64,000 bases of DNA from a virus (Duplodnaviria; Caudoviricetes), in IMG/VR virus record IMGVR_UViG_3300031857_023573, positions 32,001-96,000 of that record; one strand, written 5' to 3'. Positions within the stretch are counted from its first letter, which is position 1; every line of letters begins with the position of its first letter. Below, in pieces: positions 25,652-36,852 of this stretch. Under the pieces are notes generated by a model that saw only the letters and a program-made list of their open reading frames with translations, had not been told where the DNA came from and searched no databases. The translations under genes were made by a program, and so were the position numbers.

Positions 25652-26614
25652 CTATTTCAATTTAATTTGTATATAGACCCAAAACTTACTTGGATAAACA
25701 TTTATCATAACTTTTTCAACCCATCTATATTTTATTAAAAATGTTTTTAAATTAGATTTTATATTTTCAAGTTCGCCTTCATCTAATTGACCATTATCCC
25801 ATTTGCCACATCCATAATATCCAAAAGTTATGACTCTATCATTTATTTGAGGTGCCATTTTTTGTTCTGTATATCCTGGATTAAATGTCAACATTTCCAT
25901 TTTAATTTTTGACATAAGTGTGACATCTTCAAAATTAAAATTTACAAGTGCCTTTTTAAGACCCGATGTCGCTTTTAGGTCAGACAATTTTAGTTGATTA
26001 TAAATTGATTTTGTTAATTTAAAAAATCCTATTGGATTTAATTGATTAACATAGTATCCATATTCAAATATACCGTCACATTTGATGCCAAAATACAAAT
26101 TAATAGTTGGACTTGATGGTTCAATATGAATCGATTGTAGTGACTTAAAACGATTAAAAACAACTTTAACTTTCTCTGAATCTAAATTAGAAAATTTAAA
26201 GAATAATAAAAAATCAGATGGAGTTTCTTTTGTTTCAGGTGAATTTTCTTTGAAACCAAGAGCAGATAAACACTTAAAAAATGTATTTACTACACTTTTA
26301 CCGTAGCTTTCTTTGACTTCACCTTCTATATTATCTATGTCAACAATAGTTGAGACTTTTTTCTCGCCTTCTTCTTGATTTAGGTAATTCTCTACTCTTT
26401 TTAACAGTTCAACTTTCTTTAAATCGTCGAGAAGGTTAATTGCGTTAGATAGTCTTATCGACGGATTTATGTCTTGAGTCATTTGATTAGCAATCATTCT
26501 AATAAATTCATCTTCTATCGACAAATTCTCGATGTATTCACCTATTGAATTGCCTTCTAGTGAATTAGATTCTAAAATATATTTTTGATACTTTTTAATC
26601 ATTTTATTGTACAA
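25652..26614 (-). CDS. Hypothetical protein with leader (probable start MIKKYQKYILES at 26602)
   Basis: About 316-320 aa; AATATATA at 26652-26659 inside the end of the upstream gene. Confidence 0.7.
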   Translation of the reverse strand: MYNKMIKKYQKYILESNSLEGNSIGEYIENLSIEDEFIRMIANQMTQDINPSIRLSNAINLLDDLKKVELLKRVENYLNQEEGEKKVSTIVDIDNIEGEVKESYGKSVVNTFFKCLSALGFKENSPETKETPSDFLLFFKFSNLDSEKVKVVFNRFKSLQSIHIEPSSPTINLYFGIKCDGIFEYGYYVNQLNPIGFFKLTKSIYNQLKLSDLKATSGLKKALVNFNFEDVTLMSKIKMEMLTFNPGYTEQKMAPQINDRVITFGYYGCGKWDNGQLDEGELENIKSNLKTFLIKYRWVEKVMINVYPSKFWVYIQIKLK

Positions 26615-29600
26615 GTGCTAATTTATAAGATACTCCGTTTATTGATATTTCTATATATTGGTTTGTTATAAGTGTTACTGATGCACTCATCGTTGCTCCT
26701 AGTTTCCATTGGGCTGGTTGAGCATTAGACATAGTTGCTGTCATTAGGCTTGGTACATAAACAGTATTTGACTTATTTGCTAGATTTATACCATTTCCAC
26801 TAATTATACCAACATTTTGACCGTTTGTAATTGTGCTAAATGAGCTAGATATAATTATACTTCCACAGCTTGCTCCGTTTATGTTATTACCATTTCCTCC
26901 GATTATAGTATTAAGAAAACCATCTGATATATTATTAACTAAACCACCAACTATTTGAGAAGTAGTAGATGCACAAATAAAACTACAATCACTTCCAACT
27001 ATTGATGAACCAATACCGTCAAGAATTTCATTAACTCTTCCAGCAATAATCGTTGAGCATCCTCCAGAACATATATAAGATGATGGACTTGAAATTATAC
27101 TTGATGATTTAGTACAGTATATTTTAGCTGAGTATGAATTCGAAATTAAGATATTAGGACACGAGCAACAAATTTTTGAAGCACTTGAGTTATCAATCTG
27201 AGAAGTTAGTGAGCAACAAATAAAGCTATTTATCGAGTTCGATATTATTGATACTTTTGAGTTTTGTATACAGTTTCCGTAACCTAATAAAGTCGAAGAG
27301 TGACTTGATCCGATGATACAAGATTCTTTACCACCGATTATCAAACTAACTGTAGAATCTGTTGTACAAGATAAGTCTGATGAAATCACTGCAGAAATTG
27401 AACCTCCGGATATTTTTGAAGAACAAGATGTGTGTACTGAAGAGCACTTTGCATTAGTTACAGAGTTGCTGTATCCTCCTAAAATTGAAGAATGATGTGA
27501 ATTTTTAGTAATCGAGTTCAATTGGCCACTCAAAAAAGTATAGTTCGATGTGCTGTTATCATTTTGTCTACCAATTAGTGTAGAACTACACGACTCACAA
27601 ATAATATTACTACTTCCAGAAAGAATACTAGACGAAAGTGATTTACAAATACAAGCGTTGTCACCAGTAACTATTGATGAACAAGAAAGGTATATGCAAT
27701 TGTTGAATCCTGCTAATATACTTGAATTGTACGTACAAGAACTAAGTTCACTACAAAATGAGCTTAAAACAGTAGAATTATAAGAACACTTGCAGATTCT
27801 ACTACATTTAGAAGATAAAATATTAGAATATTGAGTCAAATATAAAAGTGAGTTACCTGAGCCAATTATATTATTACCATAGCTTGCACAACAGGTGGTT
27901 CCATCTATGTAGTTTTTTCTACCACCAATAATAGTTGATTCACAAGAAGAACATATTATATTATCTTTTGCACCTATAATTGCAACATTACAGCTACAAA
28001 TTGGACCTGAATCATATATGCAGTTATTCTCACCAGTTATTGCGATGCATGCATTCACTAGTATATAAGATCCTCCACCAGCCGGCCCTTGTGGACCTTG
28101 TGGTCCAGTAACACCTCCGATAGTGCTTACATCTCTATAATTTATATTACCACAAGAATCTGCAGTTAAAATTCTAGAATCACAGCATTGTGAGAAAGTC
28201 GCAACTCTTAATTTACTTGCAAGTACAATATCATTCTCAGTATCTAAGCATAAATTATTACCACCCAAAATTACTGATCTACCAGATAGTCTTATACAGT
28301 TTTTAACACCTCCAACTATTGATGAATAACAAGAATAATAATTTATACAATTGCAACAACCCCCTACGATAGAAGAAAGTTGTGAGTAGTAATAAATTGA
28401 ATTAGCACAACCACCAATTATAGAAGACTTGTGACTATTAAAAGTCAGTGAGTTTTTGTCGCCACCTACAATAGATGACAGTGAACTTCCAGAGATTGAG
28501 TTTTTACACCCACCTATTGATGATGAATTATTGGAAGATGATACTGAATTACAACTACCACCTAATTGAGAAGTATAGCTAGATGAGTTTAATGTATTTT
28601 TATAACCAGATATAATTGAAGAAGATATAGAACAATTACACATTGTATTATACTTACCTGAAGTTACAAGTGAATAGTTTGAATCTTCTGATTTTATATT
28701 ACCGTACCCTGGGTCATTAATACTAGAAACATTTCTAAAATTAATATTTCCAGATTCATCTGTAGTAAGTATTTTACTATCACTACACTCGCTAATTTCT
28801 GAAATTCTCAATTTTTGCACAAATGTCAAGTTTTCTTCACCATCTAATTCTAGGTCAACCCCACCTAGTATAATTGAGTTGATTGAATTTTTTATGCAGT
28901 TGTTGTATCCACTAATTATAGATGAGTAGTTTGAACAACAAACGTAGTTATTATAACCACCGACTATTGTTGAGTAGCATGATCCATTTGATAAATAGTT
29001 TTTACCACCACCAACAATTGTAGAATTTGATGAATAGTTATCTAGTCGACTACCTGTACTACCGATTATAGACGAATTACAAGAATGTACTCCAAGGTAG
29101 TTATTAGATCCGGCTAGTATTATTGAATTTTCTGTTGAGTAGAATAGTCTATTACATGATCCACCAATAATTGACGAGTTATTTGATCCTATTGAAATTT
29201 CGTTAAGTACACCACCCAAAATTGATGTTTCTTCTGAGTTGATAATACAGTTTTGATAACCAGTTATTGTGCAAATTTCATTAAGTCTTATAAAAGAAGG
29301 TGTATTTCCAAGACCTATTGAATACAAGCTTGTGTAGTTTACGAGACCAGTTTCACTGACTGTTAATATTCTATCACTGTATCCATAACCTAGAACTCCT
29401 ATTTTTAAGTTCGGAACTAAAACTGTGTTACTTTCAGAATTTAGTGAGAGATAAGAACCTCCTATAATCACTGATCCTTCTGATGAAGATATACAATTGC
29501 ATTTACCTCCAATAATTGAGGATAGATTTGAAGTATAACCTATTGAGCTTTTATAAGATGCCGAGATATTATTATAACTACTTGCGTAATCTATCGTATT

Positions 29601-30524
29601 TCTACCTCCGCCCAAGATCGTGTTATAGCTTGAGAGTCTATCAATAGTATTCTGGAATCCACCAATTATAGCATTATAATAATTAGAATCTGTAATTAAT
29701 GAGCAAACTGATCCTCCGATTAAATTCCCATCATTGTAACTAATTGTGTTAGAATCCCCACCCAGAATGATGGATTTGCTAGCATTTAGAATAATATTAC
29801 AGTTACCTGATAGTACACTTGAGCAGTTTGAGTAGAAGCAAATTTTATTTTTAGATCCTCCTACTACTGACGACTCATTTGATTTTTGATAGATGTTATT
29901 CTCTCTACCACCTGTGATGGATGATCTGTAAGAATACTTTCCAATATAATTACAATAACCACCTACTATTGATGAACCTATATTTCTAAAATATAGTGTA
30001 TTACAAGCACCTGATAGAATTGCAGCACAGCAAGAATCTTGAACAATATCATTACATTTACCACCTACAATTGTTGAAAAATCTGAACTTCTTAAAATTC
30101 GGTTTTCTTGGCCTCCAATTATAGAAGATGCCCAGTTATTGTCACAGACATTGTTGTAATATCCACCTACAATTGTTGAATATTTTTGACACGCATCATA
30201 GCAAGAAACATAAGGATAGTTTACTACTAAGTTTTTCTGACCACCGATAATTCCAGAATAAGAACTACAATATAATAAATTAGTACCACCACCAATTATT
30301 GATGAGTTACAAGAACCTTTAACTATTATATTAAAACACCCACCAATTACATTAGACATTGAGGAGTCTATAGAAACAGTATTATTACAACCTGAAATTC
30401 TAGACTCGGTCATTCCTTTGAAGAGTTGCTCTAAATAAACGAAATTGCCATCCATTTCGTTTATTGTGAGTTTCCTATTCAGCTGGGTTCTTAAAATTAA
30501 GTTATTCGAGGCAGTAGTTGGCAT
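26604..30524 (-). CDS. Cys/Ser-rich beta-helical tail fibre-like protein
   Basis: N-terminal LILR...KLTINEMDGNF fibre-anchor motif; dozens of SSIIGG..N repeats; short GPQGPQGPAG; AATATATA at 30547-30554. Confidence 0.7.
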   Translation of the reverse strand: MPTTASNNLILRTQLNRKLTINEMDGNFVYLEQLFKGMTESRISGCNNTVSIDSSMSNVIGGCFNIIVKGSCNSSIIGGGTNLLYCSSYSGIIGGQKNLVVNYPYVSCYDACQKYSTIVGGYYNNVCDNNWASSIIGGQENRILRSSDFSTIVGGKCNDIVQDSCCAAILSGACNTLYFRNIGSSIVGGYCNYIGKYSYRSSITGGRENNIYQKSNESSVVGGSKNKICFYSNCSSVLSGNCNIILNASKSIILGGDSNTISYNDGNLIGGSVCSLITDSNYYNAIIGGFQNTIDRLSSYNTILGGGRNTIDYASSYNNISASYKSSIGYTSNLSSIIGGKCNCISSSEGSVIIGGSYLSLNSESNTVLVPNLKIGVLGYGYSDRILTVSETGLVNYTSLYSIGLGNTPSFIRLNEICTITGYQNCIINSEETSILGGVLNEISIGSNNSSIIGGSCNRLFYSTENSIILAGSNNYLGVHSCNSSIIGSTGSRLDNYSSNSTIVGGGKNYLSNGSCYSTIVGGYNNYVCCSNYSSIISGYNNCIKNSINSIILGGVDLELDGEENLTFVQKLRISEISECSDSKILTTDESGNINFRNVSSINDPGYGNIKSEDSNYSLVTSGKYNTMCNCSISSSIISGYKNTLNSSSYTSQLGGSCNSVSSSNNSSSIGGCKNSISGSSLSSIVGGDKNSLTFNSHKSSIIGGCANSIYYYSQLSSIVGGCCNCINYYSCYSSIVGGVKNCIRLSGRSVILGGNNLCLDTENDIVLASKLRVATFSQCCDSRILTADSCGNINYRDVSTIGGVTGPQGPQGPAGGGSYILVNACIAITGENNCIYDSGPICSCNVAIIGAKDNIICSSCESTIIGGRKNYIDGTTCCASYGNNIIGSGNSLLYLTQYSNILSSKCSRICKCSYNSTVLSSFCSELSSCTYNSSILAGFNNCIYLSCSSIVTGDNACICKSLSSSILSGSSNIICESCSSTLIGRQNDNSTSNYTFLSGQLNSITKNSHHSSILGGYSNSVTNAKCSSVHTSCSSKISGGSISAVISSDLSCTTDSTVSLIIGGKESCIIGSSHSSTLLGYGNCIQNSKVSIISNSINSFICCSLTSQIDNSSASKICCSCPNILISNSYSAKIYCTKSSSIISSPSSYICSGGCSTIIAGRVNEILDGIGSSIVGSDCSFICASTTSQIVGGLVNNISDGFLNTIIGGNGNNINGASCGSIIISSSFSTITNGQNVGIISGNGINLANKSNTVYVPSLMTATMSNAQPAQWKLGATMSASVTLITNQYIEISINGVSYKLALVQ

Positions 30525-30575
30525 AATTTACAGATATTTATTAGTCTATATATTAAATTTGGAATCAAAACACCT

Positions 30576-31205
30576 TTAAATGTTTTGAAAATATTTTTGA
30601 ATTCTCTCACTCAACCTGACTCTTGGATCTTCTTTTGATCTGTTTGTAAAAGAATAGGGTACTAAAAATCCAAAACTTAAAAAAACTCTTCGAGATTTAA
30701 ATTCGTTTGTCCAATGCTTATACAAAGAAGCCTCAAAACAATAAAGGTCAAATTGTTGCACAGGTATTTCAAACTGATCTGTAAATAATGAATAATCTTC
30801 AGATAATACACTCAAGTTACATTTGTAATTAATTAATCCATCAAGAGATGCGTCATAATGAGCGGCAATTTTACCACCCCTTTGCATATTAACAGCCTGT
30901 AAAAATAAATGGTTTTTTGGAATACCTATTGTTTCAGAAATTCTATCAATTAATTTAATAATAAAATCGGGAACTCCTTCTGTTCTAACATAATCTCTTT
31001 TTTGGAAGTTTGTGATATATGTTGTCTCTTTGGTTTGTGAGATGTCAAACATAAATGAATTTCCATTTAGAACTTTAGTAATCTCTCTTAAATGATGATT
31101 TGCAGTAAGTTCCGTGGTACTCAAAGTATCAACCCAAGATAGAATCTCATCTACTTCATTTTGGTTAATGAAGTTTTTAATTATTTTATGATTTTTAGAT
31201 TCCAT
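30576..31205 (-). CDS. 2OG-Fe(II) oxygenase
   Basis: AAHYDAS (HxD), YKHWT (distal His), RRVFLSF (2OG-binding Arg). Confidence 0.75.
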   Translation of the reverse strand: MESKNHKIIKNFINQNEVDEILSWVDTLSTTELTANHHLREITKVLNGNSFMFDISQTKETTYITNFQKRDYVRTEGVPDFIIKLIDRISETIGIPKNHLFLQAVNMQRGGKIAAHYDASLDGLINYKCNLSVLSEDYSLFTDQFEIPVQQFDLYCFEASLYKHWTNEFKSRRVFLSFGFLVPYSFTNRSKEDPRVRLSERIQKYFQNI

Positions 31206-31426
31206 TTTGTCAAGAATTCTTTTGGACCAGATATTTCCATAGTAGTTATTTCAGCTTTGCTGAGTAATTCTTGAGCTCCTTTTTCATCAGTAGCTATACA
31301 ACAGAAACGGTGAGTGGCTGGTAGTTCACCACTTTCAGAACAAGGAATGGTTAAGATATTCTCTCTTTTCATTTTTTCTCTTGCCTGAGAAACTTTAGAT
31401 TCTTCGCATAAGATACATACTCTCAT
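31181..31426 (-). CDS. Small hypothetical protein
   Basis: 81 aa, in an operon with its neighbours. Confidence 0.6.
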   Translation of the reverse strand: MRVCILCEESKVSQAREKMKRENILTIPCSESGELPATHRFCCIATDEKGAQELLSKAEITTMEISGPKEFLTKWNLKIIK

Positions 31427-31431
31427 ATTAG

Positions 31432-31674
31432 TTATTTATTTTTTAATAGAGATAGAATCTCTTTTCTTTCTGCTGATGTCATAGGCTTAGTCTTTAAGAA
31501 ATTTACAATCTCTTTTAATTGACTCTCCGAGTATGTATTCAATAGTAAAGTTTTTGTTTCATTACGTTCCTTGAAAGTCATTTCGAAAGCTTCTTTTTGA
31601 TCATCTACCCACAGATCATTTTCTAATGATTTGAGATATTTATTATCTGTTGTTCTTTTAATTACAATAACCAT
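31432..31674 (-). CDS. Small hypothetical protein
   Basis: 80 aa, in an operon with its neighbours. Confidence 0.6.
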   Translation of the reverse strand: MVIVIKRTTDNKYLKSLENDLWVDDQKEAFEMTFKERNETKTLLLNTYSESQLKEIVNFLKTKPMTSAERKEILSLLKNK

Positions 31675-31694
31675 TTTTAATAATTTTATTTTAT

Positions 31695-32657
31695 TTAATC
31701 TGCGTAGACTTCAAATGTTAAAACACCGTCAGGAGAAAACTGATTCTTTAGATATTGAGGTATAGTTAAAATCAAACCTTCTTCACCCTCAGGATCTATT
31801 GAAAAAGTTCCTAAATAATTCGTATTCGGATCAGAGTTTAACAAATCTACAAGTTCATTTATGTCATTTACAGTCACACCAGGGTCAGCAGAAAAAATAC
31901 CAACACCACTTCCGTTGTATTGAGGGCTACCCAGTAGTTCTACCTCTACACTGCTATATGGATATTCACTCAGATTCAGTCCATAAATTGTGACTGGAGT
32001 CGTATCTTGGTCTCTTTTAATCTTTATTTCAACTGGTTGATAATATAATGAATCCTCAATAGGAGTTTGATTATCCATATCCCATATATAGAGAAAGACT
32101 GCATCATCTTTGTAAGCTAAACCAGCAACTCCACCTTGTTTGATAATCCAAGGTGATGTGAAAGCTCCTCCATTCTGACTTACTGATACCTGCGTTGATT
32201 TTCTAGGAAATGCATTTGTCTGAGGGCCTGTAATACTATTAAAACCAACATAAGCTCCTGGACCAGCATAACCACCCCAATCTATATCAAAACCAAGTGT
32301 ATTTTCCAATACTTGCACCACAATATCACCAGATGAATCTAATATTGAACCATTCGTCCAATCCGCTGGAACTTCACCAGTAGCTGCAAATACACATCCA
32401 CTAGTATTCATTGTCCCGGATATCAATTCAGCAATATTACTGAAATCATCACCCGAAGAATAGGTTCCTATTGTGTAAGTTTCTCCTATTATTAGTCCAC
32501 CTAAAAAATAACCAATATCATTACCTGACGTGGGTGTAGTGTCGGTCAATAGAGCTCTATAAATACCATAATTAGTGGAAAAAGTTCCTGTAATTGTAAG
32601 ACTTCCATCGATAGTCTGATTTTCTAAATTATTTATAATATATCTTGTAGTTGCCAT
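31695..32657 (-). CDS. Putative virion structural protein
   Basis: 320 aa, G/T/S-rich; abuts the stop of the 1370-aa fibre gene. Confidence 0.55.
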   Translation of the reverse strand: MATTRYIINNLENQTIDGSLTITGTFSTNYGIYRALLTDTTPTSGNDIGYFLGGLIIGETYTIGTYSSGDDFSNIAELISGTMNTSGCVFAATGEVPADWTNGSILDSSGDIVVQVLENTLGFDIDWGGYAGPGAYVGFNSITGPQTNAFPRKSTQVSVSQNGGAFTSPWIIKQGGVAGLAYKDDAVFLYIWDMDNQTPIEDSLYYQPVEIKIKRDQDTTPVTIYGLNLSEYPYSSVEVELLGSPQYNGSGVGIFSADPGVTVNDINELVDLLNSDPNTNYLGTFSIDPEGEEGLILTIPQYLKNQFSPDGVLTFEVYAD

Positions 32658-35600
32658 TTATTCGGTTATATTTTTTATTGTTAAAACATCATTCTCATCA
32701 TAGTATGATAGTCTTAAATTTCCATCACTTCTTCTAAAAATTGTACAATTGTAGTTACCGTAAACTGATGGTGTTCCTGACACAGTTTCTACTGTGATTT
32801 CTATATCAAAACTATAGGTTCCGAATTGAGAAGCTGCAATTGTTAATACATCTGAAACCTGATATTGATTACCCGGTGTACTTATAGTAACACCTGTTAC
32901 AACTGAACCTGAAACGGTCAAGTCAAAAGTAGCCCCTGTTCCACTTCCCCCAGATACTGTAAGTCCAACATAATTACCATCTGTGCCAGGTATAGAAGGT
33001 GATAATCCAGTATTATCAGATATTGTAAGTATGTTGTTATAATATTCTTTAAAATTATAATTATATAAATTTTGTGTCTTAACATCATTCATTTGAAAGT
33101 AATCACCTATTTCATTCTCCTCAAATACATCTGCGATATTATTATCGTAAAAATACTCACCGATAGTATTATATCGAAAATCATTACCAATCTTATTTCC
33201 TCTTGATAGGCCGCCTCCGAATCCAAAATCATTTTCAATATTGTTGTCATAAAAATCATTACCTATTAAATTATAGGAGAAATTGTTTGATATATTGTTA
33301 AGTGAGAAGCCATTACCAACTTTATTGTTTTGTGAGCCAGTTCCAATCACGTTGTCTGCACAATCCATACCAAAAACATTTTTAATAAACCCATTATAAA
33401 TTTCGTTAGTAGCAAAATTATCACCTATAATATTTTTATAGGTATCACCTACAACGAAATTTCCTTTAAAGTCATTAGAAATTTGATTTTTGATGAAGTC
33501 ATATTCTCCAATTAGTTCAGAACTTCCGATAGTATTGTTATTGAAGTCATTTCCTATCCTATTATTACTAAATACATTGTAAATACTGTTATCAACTACT
33601 CCACTACCGATGAAGTTATATTGAAAATAACTAAAAATTATATTATTGTTAAAATCCGATTCTATTTGATTATATCCAAAATTATCTTTAATCTGGTTTG
33701 ATTCAAATGAGTGTCCTATTCTATTATTATTAAAATTGTTACCAATTTTATTATCATTAAAATAATCACCTATATTGTTCTGATAGAAACTACCCATTAA
33801 ATTTTGTTGAAAATCTTTTCCAACATTATTTCCTTCGAATGAAGATATTCCAATGTTGTCTTGAAATCTCTTACCAATTTTGTTATTTGTGAAAGCTTGG
33901 AAAAATGTATTGTCTCTGAAACCCATTCCTATTTTCAGATTTCGTACACTAGATGTAAATATATTATTTTCAACATCACCATTTTGCCACCATCCACCAT
34001 CAGGACTTCCAACACCATCAATGTGAATATCATAAACGCCATCGCCATAAAGAGGGAATACTGGGAAGTCTTTATAATTACCAGTTGTAATTTGACTACC
34101 AAGTGCATGTACAGTATCTGTTAGGCCCAAGTAATTTGCACTAAGATTTAACCAATTGTAAGAACCACTTAAATCCATTTGCCATCTTCTGTATTTTATT
34201 CCTCTAAAATCAAAAGGTACTACAATATCATTTGATCTATCAGTTCTTTTAGTGACACATCCTGTTATTTCTTCTGTTGGATTAATAGTATACACATATA
34301 GACTAGAGGACTGATAAGATAAAAAGTCATTATAAGTCAAGTCAGGTAACATTACTCTAATTCCATCATCGCTGATTAGAATCTCATTTATAATAATTGT
34401 ATTGTATGAGTTATTGTATCTTGGTGCTGATCTTATAGGTGTAACTGGTTCGAAAACACAATCTATTTGACTGTTTCCTAATTCAGCATAGATTGAGAAA
34501 TAATGACCATATTGTACACTATAACCTGTCGGCACATCAAAATAAACCTGACTGTTATCAGCATCCCACATCAAGTCAAAACCAGTAACCTCTGACTCAT
34601 CAGGTAGAGTATTATTGTTAGTGATTTCTAAAGGAAATCCTAGATTATTACAATATGGTAGATACTCAAGTACGTCATTCGGATAAGTCTCAGATAAAAC
34701 TACTGGATCGAACTCATAAGATGAAATTGCACGAAGTAAAAGAACCTCGGAATTTTCAGACGTGTAGACTTCTCTAGCAACATAACCAGATGGTGTCTCT
34801 TGATTGTGTAATTTAATTATTTTACTTACCGGTTCATCTTGATAATTGACTATATCTCCAGCTACAATAACATAATCATTATCAAAAGCGTTTACATATT
34901 TTATCGCCTGAAAGAAACCATTATAAGTTGCAAAATCAGAGTCTATACTTCCATCACTACTCAGTTTAACAAAAGATTGATTTCTGACATTGTTGAGGTA
35001 TGAAAATTGTCCACCTACTGCAATTGTATTATCTGGTAGTTGTTTTACATCAAATACTGATCCGTCAAAACCAAATCCGTTTCCGGTGGAAGTGAGATTA
35101 TTATAAAAAGATTGGTCTTCTGTTCCATTAGAATTTAATCTAACCAACCTACGTCTTGTGGAAGAAGTTAGGCCTGTGAATTGACCACCGACTAGTATGC
35201 TATCATTGGATTGTATGAAAACCGAAATTAAAGGACCATTAAAACCAAGTCCGATATTATTAGTAAATTCCTCTTCTACGTACCCTGTTGACTCTAATTT
35301 AAGGATGTAATTTGCTGTGTTCCCATTATATGAGGTGAAACTACCTCCCAAAACTATAGTTCCGTCGTTGGAGTTATATCCAATAGAATTTAGACCACCA
35401 TTTAATCCTGAGTTATTTCCAGTATCTATAAAATTCGTATAGAAAGTTTCATCTTCAAGTCCATCAGAACCTAATCTGACAAGGTAGGTTCTAGACGACC
35501 CATTAAATTGATTGAAATAGCCACCAACTAAAATTTTACCATCATCTTGTAATTCGAGAGTTCTAATCTGGTCGTTAAACCCAGTTCCGTCTCCAGTCGA

Positions 35601-36770
35601 TGCAACTCCATCTTCATAGAACGCTGTGTCTTCAGTTCCATTTGAGTTCAATCTTACTATCCCATTTCTTGTATTTCCATTGAATGATGTGAAGTTACCA
35701 GCGACTATAATTTTACCACTAGGTTCTACAATAATACTGAATACAGTTCCACTAAATCCAGTACCTAGATTTGTATTAAATGTTGTGTCTGGACTACCAT
35801 CCGGATTCATTTTAAATAAATAACTCATGGTCATACCGCCAACTTGGTCGAATTCTCCACCAACTATCAGACCATTATCTGTTGCTAAATCAACTGTCCA
35901 AATGTTGCTGTTAAAAACAACATTATTATTTGACATAGTTGCACTAAATTCTTTGTATAATCTACCAGCTTTCACGTTTGCAGCTGATGTGTTATTAATA
36001 GCGTTACTATATCCATGTATAAAGTTTTTTGAAGTATAGTCGGTCAATCTGTAAATTGAATTTGCAACTAAGGATTGTGAAGTAATTGCAGATATTAACT
36101 CAGAGTATGTGATATCAGTAACACTAACTGTAAGTCCAGCTCCAGATTCACCATTAAATGCAGTCGATTGAGTTGTTCCGTCTGGAAATTCTAAATATCC
36201 GAGTTTATCAAATTTAAAATTCTTAGTTTCACTAAATCCGTCATAGAAATTGATGGATATAGATTGTTCTCCATAGTCATTACTAGCTGAAACTAGAATA
36301 TCACTTTTTCTACCAGCCCCGTCCTGTGCATAAATATTAACAAAACTATTATTGATACCATCTAGATTTAGTTGAACTTGAGCCTGTGTCGATTCATTCC
36401 CATCAACTTTTACTTTATATGTGTTACCACCATCAATTGTAGGAAAACTAGTCTCATAATAAGTCATTCCGGTCAGCTCTAAATACCCATTAGTATCTAT
36501 ATTAGTAAGTATTGTTGATACATCACCTGATATTAATCTATCTGAAGTACCACCTCCACCACCTGCAGGACCAGCTGGTCCTTGTGGACCTGGTGAACCT
36601 GCTGGTCCTTGTGGTCCCGGAGCTCCAGTTGCTCCACCACCAGCTTGAATAGTTTCACCATCTTCACCCTTTTCGCTGAAATTTGGCCCATCAAATCCGA
36701 TGTATTTAAAACCAGCTGGTGGATTGGGCAATGCATTAAAATCAGTTTCTTGAAATAATATTCTTCTCAT
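32658..36770 (-). CDS. Mosaic tail fibre/adhesin: collagen stub, delta-60 (DUF5122) beta-propeller, N-x-I-G beta-helix
   Basis: GAPGPQGPAGSPGPQG; repeated QDDGKILVGG.F..FNG....L.RL.S.G..D..F; repeated N.IG..F..N; AATATATA at 36798-36805. Confidence 0.75.
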   Translation of the reverse strand: MRRILFQETDFNALPNPPAGFKYIGFDGPNFSEKGEDGETIQAGGGATGAPGPQGPAGSPGPQGPAGPAGGGGGTSDRLISGDVSTILTNIDTNGYLELTGMTYYETSFPTIDGGNTYKVKVDGNESTQAQVQLNLDGINNSFVNIYAQDGAGRKSDILVSASNDYGEQSISINFYDGFSETKNFKFDKLGYLEFPDGTTQSTAFNGESGAGLTVSVTDITYSELISAITSQSLVANSIYRLTDYTSKNFIHGYSNAINNTSAANVKAGRLYKEFSATMSNNNVVFNSNIWTVDLATDNGLIVGGEFDQVGGMTMSYLFKMNPDGSPDTTFNTNLGTGFSGTVFSIIVEPSGKIIVAGNFTSFNGNTRNGIVRLNSNGTEDTAFYEDGVASTGDGTGFNDQIRTLELQDDGKILVGGYFNQFNGSSRTYLVRLGSDGLEDETFYTNFIDTGNNSGLNGGLNSIGYNSNDGTIVLGGSFTSYNGNTANYILKLESTGYVEEEFTNNIGLGFNGPLISVFIQSNDSILVGGQFTGLTSSTRRRLVRLNSNGTEDQSFYNNLTSTGNGFGFDGSVFDVKQLPDNTIAVGGQFSYLNNVRNQSFVKLSSDGSIDSDFATYNGFFQAIKYVNAFDNDYVIVAGDIVNYQDEPVSKIIKLHNQETPSGYVAREVYTSENSEVLLLRAISSYEFDPVVLSETYPNDVLEYLPYCNNLGFPLEITNNNTLPDESEVTGFDLMWDADNSQVYFDVPTGYSVQYGHYFSIYAELGNSQIDCVFEPVTPIRSAPRYNNSYNTIIINEILISDDGIRVMLPDLTYNDFLSYQSSSLYVYTINPTEEITGCVTKRTDRSNDIVVPFDFRGIKYRRWQMDLSGSYNWLNLSANYLGLTDTVHALGSQITTGNYKDFPVFPLYGDGVYDIHIDGVGSPDGGWWQNGDVENNIFTSSVRNLKIGMGFRDNTFFQAFTNNKIGKRFQDNIGISSFEGNNVGKDFQQNLMGSFYQNNIGDYFNDNKIGNNFNNNRIGHSFESNQIKDNFGYNQIESDFNNNIIFSYFQYNFIGSGVVDNSIYNVFSNNRIGNDFNNNTIGSSELIGEYDFIKNQISNDFKGNFVVGDTYKNIIGDNFATNEIYNGFIKNVFGMDCADNVIGTGSQNNKVGNGFSLNNISNNFSYNLIGNDFYDNNIENDFGFGGGLSRGNKIGNDFRYNTIGEYFYDNNIADVFEENEIGDYFQMNDVKTQNLYNYNFKEYYNNILTISDNTGLSPSIPGTDGNYVGLTVSGGSGTGATFDLTVSGSVVTGVTISTPGNQYQVSDVLTIAASQFGTYSFDIEITVETVSGTPSVYGNYNCTIFRRSDGNLRLSYYDENDVLTIKNITE

Positions 36771-36852
36771 ATTGTATCAGTTAATATTTTATTACCATAT
36801 ATATTAAATATGAAATGAATTAAAATAAAACTAACTTGGAAATAATTGAAGT

